64,000 nucleotides of DNA from Gammaproteobacteria bacterium (GCA_023266055.1 JAHFRW010000003.1:202-64201), one strand, 5' to 3'. Positions 49,476 to 61,180 are shown, counted from the stretch's first letter. Program-made: numbers and translations. Notes: generated by a model not told the origin, from the sequence alone.

Positions 49476-50756
49476 TTGGTAAGCTCATTTGAACATTCTC
49501 ATCGCAGAGAGCGTGCCATTCTTGTCAGTGTGAATTTTCACTCGGCAAAAATGTGCGAAGAGTTGGACGAATTTCGTGAACTGGCGGCGTCGGCAGGGGC
49601 GGAAGTCGTGGCGATCATTACCGCTACACGTAAAACCCCTGATGCACGTCATTTCGTGGGCAGTGGCAAGGCCGAGGAAATTCGTGCCTGTGCCGAGAAC
49701 ATGAAAGCGGATGTGGTGTTATTCAACCACGAACTATCCCCTGGCCAGGAGCGTAACCTTGAACAATTATTGCAATGTCGGGTACTGGATCGGGTTGGTT
49801 TGATTCTGGACATATTCGCACAACGTGCTCATTCTTTCGAAGGCAAGCTACAGGTTGAGCTGGCACAATTGCAGCATCTTTCAACGCGCCTGGTGCGGGG
49901 TTGGACACACTTGGAGAGACAGCGTGGCGGTATTGGTCTGCGCGGCCCCGGTGAAACACAGCTAGAAACAGACCGTCGTTTGATTGGCGCACGCATCAAA
50001 CAGCTTAACAAGCGTCTGACCAAGGTGGGTGGTCAGCGTGACGAGCGGCGCAAGGCGCGACGCAAGGCAGCGGTTCACACCGTTTCATTGGTGGGTTACA
50101 CCAATGCGGGCAAATCAACCTTGTTTAATTGTCTGACAGGGGCTACAGTGTACGCGGCCAATCAGTTATTCGCCACGCTTGATCCCACCTTGCGCCGGGT
50201 TGAATTACCGGGTGCCGAGGCTATTGTACTGGCGGATACGGTGGGGTTTATTCGTCATTTGCCTCATGATCTGGTGGCCGCTTTCCGTTCGACGCTAGAA
50301 GAAACCTGCGAGGCGGCCCTGTTATTGCATGTGATTGACGCAAGCAACGAAAACCGTCACGGTTGCATCGAGCAGGTTAATGAAGTATTGAAGGAAATCG
50401 GAGCCGATGGCATTCCCCGAATTGAAGTTTATAATAAAATAGATTTGTTGAGTGATTGTGAGCCACATATAGACCGTGAAGGGCATGATACCGGAGGGCG
50501 AGTGCAGCGTGTCTGGGTATCTGCTACAACGGGTGTCGGCATGGATTTATTGCGGCAGACCCTGGCTGAATATACCTGGGCTGAAGATTCGCCGCACATG
50601 GATGTGCAAGTGCCGTCAGAGGCAGGATGCCGGAAGCGGCCGCCGCATATGGATGTGCCGCCCGAGAGTGGTCGCCGCAAGCGGTCACGGCGTACTGAAA
50701 CACCAGCGACAATTGATGAACAGGATAAACAGGAAATATTTTACATCGCCTCTTGA
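49476..50756 (+). CDS. hflX: Ribosome-splitting GTPase HflX with repeat-derived C-terminal tail
   Basis: GPGETQLETDRR, GYTNAGKST, DTVGF, NKID. Confidence 0.96.
   Translation: MVSSFEHSHRRERAILVSVNFHSAKMCEELDEFRELAASAGAEVVAIITATRKTPDARHFVGSGKAEEIRACAENMKADVVLFNHELSPGQERNLEQLLQCRVLDRVGLILDIFAQRAHSFEGKLQVELAQLQHLSTRLVRGWTHLERQRGGIGLRGPGETQLETDRRLIGARIKQLNKRLTKVGGQRDERRKARRKAAVHTVSLVGYTNAGKSTLFNCLTGATVYAANQLFATLDPTLRRVELPGAEAIVLADTVGFIRHLPHDLVAAFRSTLEETCEAALLLHVIDASNENRHGCIEQVNEVLKEIGADGIPRIEVYNKIDLLSDCEPHIDREGHDTGGRVQRVWVSATTGVGMDLLRQTLAEYTWAEDSPHMDVQVPSEAGCRKRPPHMDVPPESGRRKRSRRTETPATIDEQDKQEIFYIAS
50591..50686 (+). repeat. GGA-hairpin repeat, two tandem type A units, in frame in hflX
   Basis: 51-bp unit 50591-50641 is 39/51 identical, ungapped, to 56919-56969; a second degenerate unit follows. 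Confidence 0.88.
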
Positions 50757-50871
50757 CGGGATATATCTGTAGTATAGGGCTCTCGGCTTAACCAGGGCCT
50801 GTCGAACAAGCGTTGGAAAATTTATAGAAACACCCTTAATATGAAATATATTCAACAATATGGAGTATCTC

Positions 50872-52101
50872 ATGGCTTGGAATGAACCGGGAGGTTCACG
50901 GGATAATGACCCGTGGGGTAACCGCAGCAACAAAAATAAAAACTCGCCCCCTGATCTGGATGAAGTCATCCGCAAGCTGCAGAAAAAATTCAGCGGTTTG
51001 TTTGGTGGCAAGAGCGGTGGTGGTGGCAGCGGTGATCGCCCGGCAGGGTGGACACCCTCCAGCCCACTGAAACCCATCGGCATTCTGGCGCTGGTGGGTA
51101 TGCTGATCTGGCTCGCCACAGGAATATACATTGTTGATGAAGGTACACGTGGTGTCGTGACGCGATTTGGTCAATATGTCGACACCACCTTGCCTGGCCC
51201 GCATTGGCATATTCCTACGCCTGTTGAAGCGGTACAGAATGTCAATGTCGAGCAGATTCGTACGGTGGAAATTGGCTACCGTTCCGGGGGTGCCGGTGCT
51301 CAGGCGAATGCCATCGCTGGTGAAGCGTTAATGCTTACCAAGGACGAAAACATCATTAGCGTCAAATTTGCGGTGCAGTACAAGGTAAAAGACGCGCGTG
51401 ACTATCTGTTCAACACCCGTGATCCGGATGCGTCACTGCGCCAGGCTACGGAAAGTGCAGTACGTGACGTGGTAGGTAAAAATAATCTGGATTACGTGCT
51501 TAAGGAAGGCCGCACTGAAATTGCTGCACGTGCCAGTGAGTTGATTCAGAGTACGCTGGATCGCTACGATGCCGGGCTGCAGGTTACCAGTTTGAACATG
51601 CAGGATGCCCAGCCACCGGAAGAAGTGCAGGGTGCTTTTCTTGATGCTGTTAAGTCACGTGAAGATGAGCAGCGCCTGATTAACGAAGCAGAAGCCTACG
51701 CTAACGACGTGATCCCCAAGGCGCGTGGTGGTGCAGCACGTCAACTTGAAGAGGCCAATGGTTATAAAGCCCAGGTCGTAGCACAGGCTAAAGGTGAAGC
51801 CAGCCGCTTTTCGCAGGTGCTGGTAGAGTATGAAAAAGCCCCCAAGGTCACACGTGACCGCCTCTATCTTGAGTCGATGGAGTCGGTGATGTCTCGGAGC
51901 AGCAAGGTTATGGTCGATGTGAAAGGTGGTAATAACATGCTGTATCTGCCGCTGGATCGGATGACGCAACGCCAGACGACGGCCGAGAATCCTGCGGCGG
52001 GTGTCATGCAATCGGATCAACTATTGCTGGACAAGCCAGCAACAATACCACAGACAAATGGTCGTGGGAGTGATAGCGCACGTGCGCGGGAGCAACGCTA
52101 A
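50872..52101 (+). CDS. hflK: FtsH modulator HflK
   Basis: MAWNEPG, PPDLDE, MLTKDENI, NNMLYLPLD. Confidence 0.97.
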   Translation: MAWNEPGGSRDNDPWGNRSNKNKNSPPDLDEVIRKLQKKFSGLFGGKSGGGGSGDRPAGWTPSSPLKPIGILALVGMLIWLATGIYIVDEGTRGVVTRFGQYVDTTLPGPHWHIPTPVEAVQNVNVEQIRTVEIGYRSGGAGAQANAIAGEALMLTKDENIISVKFAVQYKVKDARDYLFNTRDPDASLRQATESAVRDVVGKNNLDYVLKEGRTEIAARASELIQSTLDRYDAGLQVTSLNMQDAQPPEEVQGAFLDAVKSREDEQRLINEAEAYANDVIPKARGGAARQLEEANGYKAQVVAQAKGEASRFSQVLVEYEKAPKVTRDRLYLESMESVMSRSSKVMVDVKGGNNMLYLPLDRMTQRQTTAENPAAGVMQSDQLLLDKPATIPQTNGRGSDSARAREQR

Positions 52102-52973
52102 TGGAACAGAAAAAAGTGATGATTTTGGTGATTGGTCTGATCGCTCTTTTGCTGATCACCGCAGCGTCAGTGTTTACTGTTGCCGAACATCAAAAAGCAG
52201 TATTGTTTCGTTTGGGAGAAGTGGTGCGTTCCGACTTTAAGCCGGGTCTGCACTTCAAGGTTCCGATTGTCAACAATGTGCGTAAATTTGATGGACGTAT
52301 TCTGACGCTGGAAGCCGCGCCTGAGCGTTATCTGACAGCAGAAAAGAAAAACGTCGTGGTCGATTCATTCGTTAAATGGAAAATCAAGGATGTGTCACGT
52401 TACTACACCACCATGGGAGGTGATGAAGAGCGTGCCAATGTCCGTTTGGCTCAGATCATCAAAAACGGTTTACGTGATGAGTTTGGCAAACGTACTATTC
52501 AGGAAGTGGTTTCAGGCGAGCGCGAACAGATCATGGCGATTCTGTCCACCAACGCTAACAAGCAGGCGCACGAGTTTGGTATAGATGTGGTGGATGTTCG
52601 CATCAAGCGTATTGATCTGCCAGAGGAAGTCAGTAGCTCGGTCTATCGGCGTATGGAGGCGGAGCGTTCCCGTGTTGCAAAGGATCTGCGTTCACGTGGT
52701 GCGGAAGCCGCTGAGCGGATTCGTGCCGATGCTGATCGCCAACGTGCGGTAATCATTGCTGAAGCCTATCGTGAGGCCGAGCGCATCCGCGGTGAAGGCG
52801 ATGCCCAGGCATCAGATACCTATGCTCAAGCGTATAAGAAAAATCCGGAATTTTATGCATTTTACCGTAGTATCAATGCATACCGGTCGGCCTTCAAGGA
52901 TCAAAGTGATATTGTTGTCATTGATCCTGGTTCGGATTTCTTTAAATATTTCAAGAACCCGAACGGGAAGTAG
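52101..52973 (+). CDS. hflC: FtsH modulator HflC
   Basis: PGLHFKVP, DVRIKRIDLP, RMEAER, FYAFYRS. Confidence 0.97.
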   Translation: MEQKKVMILVIGLIALLLITAASVFTVAEHQKAVLFRLGEVVRSDFKPGLHFKVPIVNNVRKFDGRILTLEAAPERYLTAEKKNVVVDSFVKWKIKDVSRYYTTMGGDEERANVRLAQIIKNGLRDEFGKRTIQEVVSGEREQIMAILSTNANKQAHEFGIDVVDVRIKRIDLPEEVSSSVYRRMEAERSRVAKDLRSRGAEAAERIRADADRQRAVIIAEAYREAERIRGEGDAQASDTYAQAYKKNPEFYAFYRSINAYRSAFKDQSDIVVIDPGSDFFKYFKNPNGK

Positions 52974-53081
52974 TCGTATCGCAAGATTTTGGTATTATGC
53001 TGGATCGGAGGCAATGGAAGGGGTGGCAGGCGCAGGCTTGTCACCCCTTCTGTATTTTATCAATCGGGAGTGCGGAATGTT

Positions 53082-53267
53082 ATGTGGCAAGACTTGTTTG
53101 CAGCATTGGCGCTGGTACTGGTCATAGAGGGCATCATGCCTTTTCTTAATCCACAAGGGTGGCGCCAGACCATGTCCAGCATTGCACAAATGGATGACAA
53201 GGCATTACGTATTGCTGGATTGGTCAGTATGATCGTGGGCGTTGGGTTGCTATATCTGGCACGTTAA
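53082..53267 (+). CDS. DUF2065 (YjeT-like) small membrane protein
   Basis: ALALVLVIEGIMPFLNP after hflC. Confidence 0.9.
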   Translation: MWQDLFAALALVLVIEGIMPFLNPQGWRQTMSSIAQMDDKALRIAGLVSMIVGVGLLYLAR

Positions 53268-53318
53268 GGCTCGGCATATTGTCCATGCTGGCTGTATGTT
53301 TACCGTGAGTGGGTTTTA

Positions 53319-54545
53319 ATGTCGTCATCCCGCAAAAAATGGTTTTTCTTCGGTGTAGTGGTGCTGATTACGACCACACTGGTATTTTATTACCGCTATA
53401 GCAAAGTGCTTGCCGTGGAGGCGGTATCTACTCAGCGGGGTGATCTGGTGATTACCGTAACGCCCACGGAAACCGGTACCGTAGATACAGATAAAACCGC
53501 GCAAATCAAGGCGGAGATTGCGGCCCGCGTCGTTGAAATCGTGGTGCGGGAGGGCAGAGAGGTAAAAGCAGGCGATATACTGTTGCGTCTTGATGCGGGT
53601 GAGGTGCAGGCACGTTTTAATCTGGCGGTATCCGCCATGGCTGCTGCTCAGTCCCGGCTTGATTCGACGCGGATTGCGTTACCTATGGAGAAAGCGCGCA
53701 CAGCCGCCGGCCTTGCCGAGGCGCAAGCACGTTTTGCTGACGCAAAACAAAAGCATGACAAAAAGAAGCGGCTTTTTGAAAGCCGCCTGATTGCATCAGG
53801 AGAGATGGAATCCAGTGAGGCGGAATTCAATGCTACCCAAGCCGCGCTGAATGTGGCACGGGCTAATCTTGAACAGGTCGCCGTACAGGAACAGCAAATT
53901 AAAGTTGCCGAGTCTGATGTTAAGCAACAGATGGCGCAATTGCGTGTCGCTGAACTTAATCTCGAACACAGCGTGGTGCGTGCACCACTGAGTGGCACGG
54001 TGATGGAATTACCGATAAAACTCGGTGAACTCGTGCAGCCAGGTATCATGGTGGCACGCATCACGCGTCTGGATGGGTTGTATGTCAAAGCACTGGTTGA
54101 TGAGGTTGATCTTGGCCGATTAGGCATTGGCCAGTCGGCCGAAATTACATTTGATACGGTTCCTGATAAAAAATTTGCGGCCCGGCTATTTGAAATTTCG
54201 CCTGGCGTTTCTGTCGAAAAACTCAAAAGCCGCAATGTCACAATCAAATTAAAAATTCTTGATCCCCCGGTTTTTTTGCGGCCTGGCATGTCAGCTGACG
54301 TAGAAATTATTGTTGAGACATTGAGAAATGTATTACATATTCCTGCGCAAGCCATTATGACAAAAGACAAGGAGCAGATTGTTTATGTCATTGATGCGGG
54401 CAAGGCCGCCAGGCGTGTTGTGGAAACAGGTCGTTCAAACTGGAATTCCACGGAAATTCTCACAGGGTTAAGCGAAAATGAAGTAGTCATTACTTCGCTG
54501 GATCAGGAAGGACTCATGCCAGGCGTGCGGGTACAGCAGAAATAA
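53319..54545 (+). CDS. MacA-like periplasmic adaptor (membrane fusion protein)
   Basis: N-terminal TM, lipoyl half-motifs, long coiled coil, VRAPLSG, LRPGMSA. Confidence 0.92.
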   Translation: MSSSRKKWFFFGVVVLITTTLVFYYRYSKVLAVEAVSTQRGDLVITVTPTETGTVDTDKTAQIKAEIAARVVEIVVREGREVKAGDILLRLDAGEVQARFNLAVSAMAAAQSRLDSTRIALPMEKARTAAGLAEAQARFADAKQKHDKKKRLFESRLIASGEMESSEAEFNATQAALNVARANLEQVAVQEQQIKVAESDVKQQMAQLRVAELNLEHSVVRAPLSGTVMELPIKLGELVQPGIMVARITRLDGLYVKALVDEVDLGRLGIGQSAEITFDTVPDKKFAARLFEISPGVSVEKLKSRNVTIKLKILDPPVFLRPGMSADVEIIVETLRNVLHIPAQAIMTKDKEQIVYVIDAGKAARRVVETGRSNWNSTEILTGLSENEVVITSLDQEGLMPGVRVQQK

Positions 54546-55280
54546 ATGATAACAGGTACATCACCGCTCATACAGCTTGCCGGGATTACCAAGGTTTTTG
54601 TAACGGGTAGCCTTCATTATGAGGTGCTCAAGAACATTAACCTGCAAGTGCAGCGTGGCGAGTATGTGGCGCTTACAGGTGCATCAGGGTCGGGAAAATC
54701 TACACTGCTGAATATCATGGGTTGTTTGGATGTGCCTACCAGCGGACATTATTATCTGGAAAGTGATGAGGTATCTACCAAGACAGATACCGAGCTGGCA
54801 CACATTCGTAACCGGTTTTTCGGCTTTGTATTTCAATCCTTTAATCTTCTGGGGCGTTACACTGTTGCTGAAAATGTTGCGTTACCGATGGTGTACGGTG
54901 GACTGGGGCGCAAGGAGCGACTGGAAAAGGCCAAAGTCCTGCTGGCGCGCGTTGGGCTGGAAAAATTTACGGGTCATTATCCAGCGGAATTATCGGGAGG
55001 TATGCAGCAGCGTGTTGCCATTGCGCGTGCTCTGGCGAATAATCCGGCGGTATTGTTTGCAGACGAACCTACCGGTAATCTGGACAGTAAAACCGGCATG
55101 GAGATTATTACCTTGTTTGGTCAGCTCAATATGGATGGAACCACGTTGATTGTCGTAACCCATGATGCGCGTGTGGCGCAGCATGCACGTCGAATGCTGG
55201 TACTTGCCGATGGTAGCATCATGACTGATCAGACATCGCGTATGGATGTGTCAGTGTCGTCCGGAGAGGCACCTGCATGA
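54546..55280 (+). CDS. MacB/LolD-type ABC ATPase
   Basis: [33 protein letters not shown]. Confidence 0.95.
   Translation: MITGTSPLIQLAGITKVFVTGSLHYEVLKNINLQVQRGEYVALTGASGSGKSTLLNIMGCLDVPTSGHYYLESDEVSTKTDTELAHIRNRFFGFVFQSFNLLGRYTVAENVALPMVYGGLGRKERLEKAKVLLARVGLEKFTGHYPAELSGGMQQRVAIARALANNPAVLFADEPTGNLDSKTGMEIITLFGQLNMDGTTLIVVTHDARVAQHARRMLVLADGSIMTDQTSRMDVSVSSGEAPA
55237..55272 (+). repeat. Truncated type A repeat forming the ATPase C-terminal tail
   Basis: CGCGTATGGATGTGTCAGTGTCGTCCGGAGAGGCAC compared with CGCACATGGATGTGCAAGTGCCGTC---AGAGGCAG; peptide [11 protein letters not shown] matches the frame of HMDVQVPSEA. Confidence 0.6.
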
Positions 55281-56476
55281 ATCCCTTTGAACATGTGCGT
55301 ATTGCACTTGACGCGCTGGCCGCCAGCAAGGTGCGTGCCTTTCTTACCATGCTAGGGGTTATCATTGGTGTGGCATCAGTGATTATGCTGGTGGCAATAG
55401 GCGAGGGTGCCAAGACATATATACGTACGGAGTTGATGGGAATCGGTACCAATTTGCTCATTATCGTGCCCGGCAAAACCGAAACCAGTGGTGCGGGACA
55501 CATGCCCAGCAGTATCCGCAAGTTAACCATCAGTGATATGCGTGCATTGGAAAAACGTACTACGTTAATACGTGTTATGGCAGCAGCGGTAGTGAGTAAT
55601 GCGGCCGTGAAATACCAGAACCGGTTGCGCAACGTACAGATTGTCGGTACCGACCAGAATTTTGAAGCTGTACGTAACCTGCATGCTGAAATTGGTGCCT
55701 TTATTTCCAGGTCTGATGTGGATGCGCGGCGTCGTGTTGCCGTGCTGGGGCGCACAGTACGCACCGAATTATTCGGTGAAACCAATCCATTGGGACGCAT
55801 GATTAAAATCGGTGAAACCAAATTCCGTGTCATTGGTATTATGGAAAAGAAAGGCGTGACGCTGGGTATGGATATTGATGACCATGTATTTATTCCTGTG
55901 GAGACGGCACAGGAAATCTTTGACCAGGACGGTCTGACCAACATTCTTGCCCAGGTCATTAACGAAAGTGAGATTGAGCGGGCCAAGGAACAAATACGTT
56001 TGATGCTTACCGAGCGCCATGGTGAGGAAGATTTCACTGTTGTCAGTCAGCAGGCCATGCTCGCCACCATGCAGGGTATTTTAAGTACCTTTACGTATGT
56101 GTTGGGGGGTATTGCCAGTATTTCTTTACTGGTGGGGGGAATCGGTATCATGAATATCATGCTGGTTTCAGTACGTGAACGTACCCGTGAGATTGGATTA
56201 CGCAAGGCGATTGGTGCATCGAAGCGTGACATTCTTCTGCAATTTATCATTGAGTCGGTAGCGTTGTCGGTGGTGGGTGGCATTATCGGAATTTTATTTG
56301 GCGCGGGTGTAGCGTATGGTGCGAAGGCTATTTTTCCGGTGATTCCGGTAGATGTGACTGCTTGGTCAGTGACAATGGCATTTACGTTTGCATTTCTGGT
56401 GGGCGCTTTTTTCGGTATTTACCCTGCCGTCAAGGCCGCACGGCTTAATCCTATTGAGGCTTTGCGTTATGAATAG
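55277..56476 (+). CDS. MacB/FtsX-type ABC permease
   Basis: LTMLGVIIGV, GGIGIMNIMLVSVRERTREIG, LNPIEALRYE. Confidence 0.95.
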   Translation: MNPFEHVRIALDALAASKVRAFLTMLGVIIGVASVIMLVAIGEGAKTYIRTELMGIGTNLLIIVPGKTETSGAGHMPSSIRKLTISDMRALEKRTTLIRVMAAAVVSNAAVKYQNRLRNVQIVGTDQNFEAVRNLHAEIGAFISRSDVDARRRVAVLGRTVRTELFGETNPLGRMIKIGETKFRVIGIMEKKGVTLGMDIDDHVFIPVETAQEIFDQDGLTNILAQVINESEIERAKEQIRLMLTERHGEEDFTVVSQQAMLATMQGILSTFTYVLGGIASISLLVGGIGIMNIMLVSVRERTREIGLRKAIGASKRDILLQFIIESVALSVVGGIIGILFGAGVAYGAKAIFPVIPVDVTAWSVTMAFTFAFLVGAFFGIYPAVKAARLNPIEALRYE

Positions 56477-56490
56477 CCCGGAAAGTGAGA

Positions 56491-56540
56491 GTCATTTCCG
56501 GCGTTCTGTGTCGAGTGATGCTTGTGTATCCACGCACGGC
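56491..56540 (-). repeat. Degenerate type A repeat forming the CysQ C-terminus and stop
   Basis: Reverse complement GCCGTGCGTGGATACACAAGCATCACTCGACACAGAACGCCGGAAATGAC aligns with unit 56919-56969. Confidence 0.7.
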
Positions 56541-57514
56541 TCAGGCGCAACGTGCTTGGCAGGCACGTATTTTGACCAATCATGCCGCGCATCACCAAAT
56601 ACCAGAAAGGAGGGGTTAAGCAGGGATTCCTTGGTGTTGTAGCGCAATGGGCGGAGAGCGGTGTCGGTAAGGTGTCCTCCGGCTTCTTCGACGATGCATT
56701 GGGCTGCGGCGGTATCCCATTCTGACGTCAATCCCAGGCGTGGATAGATATGGACGGTGCCTTCAGCCACCAGGCAGGATTTCAGTGAGCTGCCTACGCG
56801 AATAACCTGACAGTCACCAATGCTGGCAAGAAATTTGTCAAATGAATCACTACGGTGTGATTGACTGCCTGCCACGATCAGCGGTTCATCATCCCATGCC
56901 CGCACACTGATTTTTTGCGCCGTGCATGGATGCACAAGTGTCGCGTGAGGCACGATGCCAGGAGCGACCGCCGTGCATGGATGGCGGTTCTTGTCCATCC
57001 CTGAACCCACCGCACTTGGGCTTCCTGCCCGGCGCACAAGTGTTGCAGAATATGGAATGTCGGGAGCGGCAGGTGTATTGCCGAGCTCCTGCTTGTAGGC
57101 ACCCTTACCTTGCCGGGCATAGTAGCACACGCCGGTGACGGGTACATATACGACACCCAGTATGGGTTTGTGATCTTCAATCAAGGCAATGTTTACGGTA
57201 AATTCACCGTTGCGTTTTACGAATTCGCGCGTACCATCCAGCGGGTCTACCAGCCAGTAACGGTGCCATGTTACACGTGTGGTATAGGGTACGGCGGTGG
57301 ACTCTTCCGAGAGTACGGGAATACCGGGGGTCAGTTTTTCCAGGCCCGCAACAATAATGTGATGCGCCGCCATGTCAGCTTCAGTGAGCGGGGAGAGGTC
57401 AATTTTTTTAATAACGTTGAAGTCCTGCGCATAGATGTGCATGATGGCATGACCTGCATCGACCGCCAGGGCGATGACAGCATCGAGCAATGCGGCAGTC
57501 TCCTTAGCGGTCAT
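56492..57514 (-). CDS. cysQ: 3'(2'),5'-bisphosphate nucleotidase CysQ with repeat-derived insertions
   Basis: SPLTEAD, LSEE, VDPLDGTREF, EWDTAAAQ. Confidence 0.95.
   Translation of the reverse strand: MTAKETAALLDAVIALAVDAGHAIMHIYAQDFNVIKKIDLSPLTEADMAAHHIIVAGLEKLTPGIPVLSEESTAVPYTTRVTWHRYWLVDPLDGTREFVKRNGEFTVNIALIEDHKPILGVVYVPVTGVCYYARQGKGAYKQELGNTPAAPDIPYSATLVRRAGSPSAVGSGMDKNRHPCTAVAPGIVPHATLVHPCTAQKISVRAWDDEPLIVAGSQSHRSDSFDKFLASIGDCQVIRVGSSLKSCLVAEGTVHIYPRLGLTSEWDTAAAQCIVEEAGGHLTDTALRPLRYNTKESLLNPSFLVFGDARHDWSKYVPAKHVAPEPCVDTQASLDTERRK
56919..57085 (+). repeat. Composite repeat cluster (type A, partial A, inverted B, rest of A) in frame inside cysQ
   Basis: Matches the hflX copy and the gshA copy; encodes a ~55-aa insert. 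Confidence 0.88.
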
Positions 57515-58052
57515 TCTTTAGCAACTCCTTCACCATGAACAACGCTGCAATGCTGCGTGCTTCGGTGCAATCATCACATTGCACAAGCTCATTAAGCTGA
57601 CTTAATTTCCAGGGAACGACTTCGATTTCTTCGGGTTCATCACCCGGTGCGGTGCACGGATACAGGTTTTGCGCGAGTATGATATGAGTCACATGGCTCA
57701 AATAGCCGGGCGCGACGGTAAGCGAGGTGATATGTTGCAGGGTGTTGGCAGCGTATCCTACTTCTTCCATGATTTCGCGGTTGGCCGCGTCCAGTATGCT
57801 CTCGCCGTGTTCGATGCGGCCTTTGGGCAGGGCAAGTTCATAGCGTTGCACGCCAGCGGCGTATTCCCGAATCAGCAGCACAGTGTCGGTATCAAGCATG
57901 GGCACAATGAGCACGGCACCGCGCTCCGAGCCACGCAAACGTTCATATTGCACCACGATGCCGTTGGAAAATTTCAGGTCCAGTTGTTCAACGTGGAATA
58001 GACGCGTCTTGACGATAGTCTGTGTTTCTAATATTTGGGGAGGTTTACGCAT
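57504..58052 (-). CDS. nudE: ADP compounds hydrolase NudE
   Basis: LFHVEQLDLKFSNG, Nudix box PKGRIEHGESILDAANREIMEEVGY, EARSIAAL. Confidence 0.94.
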   Translation of the reverse strand: MRKPPQILETQTIVKTRLFHVEQLDLKFSNGIVVQYERLRGSERGAVLIVPMLDTDTVLLIREYAAGVQRYELALPKGRIEHGESILDAANREIMEEVGYAANTLQHITSLTVAPGYLSHVTHIILAQNLYPCTAPGDEPEEIEVVPWKLSQLNELVQCDDCTEARSIAALFMVKELLKNDR

Positions 58053-58064
58053 GTGATGGAGGTG

Positions 58065-58466
58065 TTAATCCTTGCCCCAGGTCTTGAAACGTTTTTTACA
58101 ATAACGCAACAATGATTCGTAGCCATCGAAAAACAATTCGAAACCATCTTCGGCAGACGCGTCAAATTCGCAATAGTCATTGGAGTAAGCGCGGCATACT
58201 TCGGGCCGGGTTTCATAAATGCCACAGCGCCCGTCCTTTTGCAGGTGATTACAGGTGCTGTTGATCAGCAGGTACCAGCCGTCGGTGTCTTTGTAATACT
58301 GCACGCCCTGATGTGAAATCTGCCACAGCATGTGGTCGAAGTCATTCTTGGCGCGGGGTGTGGGCACCCACTGGGTGATATAGGTGCAACACTTGGAATT
58401 GGTGCAAAAACCACATTTGGTTTCAGGTGTAATGCCAATGGGATGAATAGGGATGATGCGGGTCAT
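58065..58466 (-). CDS. YkgJ-family CxxCxxCC metal-binding protein
   Basis: CGFCTNSKCC ... CNHL ... CGIYETRPEVCR. Confidence 0.88.
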   Translation of the reverse strand: MTRIIPIHPIGITPETKCGFCTNSKCCTYITQWVPTPRAKNDFDHMLWQISHQGVQYYKDTDGWYLLINSTCNHLQKDGRCGIYETRPEVCRAYSNDYCEFDASAEDGFELFFDGYESLLRYCKKRFKTWGKD

Positions 58467-58474
58467 GGTGTATT

Positions 58475-58789
58475 TTAATCCTCATCATCCATTGGAGGTG
58501 GCCAGCCGAGTGCGCGCGCCTTGGTAATGGCGGCATCGTGAATGAGCGTATGACGTGCGCTTACATCCGGTGGTAGATTGCTGACCATGCTGCCATGAGG
58601 CGCCCAGGCGGCGATCACTTTTTCGTTTAGCGCAAGTAACTGCTCGCGCGTCCAACCTTTGCAGTCCTGGCTCTCCGGCAGTATGTTGAATACCCAGGCA
58701 TCCTTGACCAACAGCCCCGTGGGTGTCATGCCGCCATAGGCATCTTCATGCAGGCCAACATAAACATTTTTTTTCATTATGGTTTCCAT
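58475..58789 (-). CDS. Hypothetical protein
   Basis: Compact ORF co-oriented between thiC and the YkgJ gene; GGMTPTG...KDAWVF...CKGW. Confidence 0.75.
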   Translation of the reverse strand: METIMKKNVYVGLHEDAYGGMTPTGLLVKDAWVFNILPESQDCKGWTREQLLALNEKVIAAWAPHGSMVSNLPPDVSARHTLIHDAAITKARALGWPPPMDDED

Positions 58790-58848
58790 TTTTACAAATC
58801 GGGGATGAGTAATATATTGTTGTCGAGTGCAGTGGACGTTTGCTGCGA

Positions 58849-60885
<2,037 letters not shown>

Positions 60886-61180
60886 TAGTCAACTCAGCAA
60901 TATACTGAATTGCTGCAAAAGTTATATTATACTCCAGTGACTTGCAAGTAACACTGGGTATTTGTTGCCTGACGTGGGTAAAGCGCTTACTCTGTAATAT
61001 AAGTGCTGAACAACGCTGTTCTGGAACTCTTTGGTGCGCGTAATAGAGAAAACGCGGCCATCGCATATAATGGCTCTTTCCTTCATTTTCAAGGCCCTAT
61101 TGTCCTTGAAAAGGGCGGCCCATCCCGGTGCCGCAGGTAAAGGTAAACCACATAAAATATAGTGTAAAAAATGGTGAATT

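Noticed and set aside
53648-56037. Long antisense ORFs (240 aa and 272 aa) over the exporter genes
   Set aside because: They are shadow frames of well-supported genes, with no recognisable motifs
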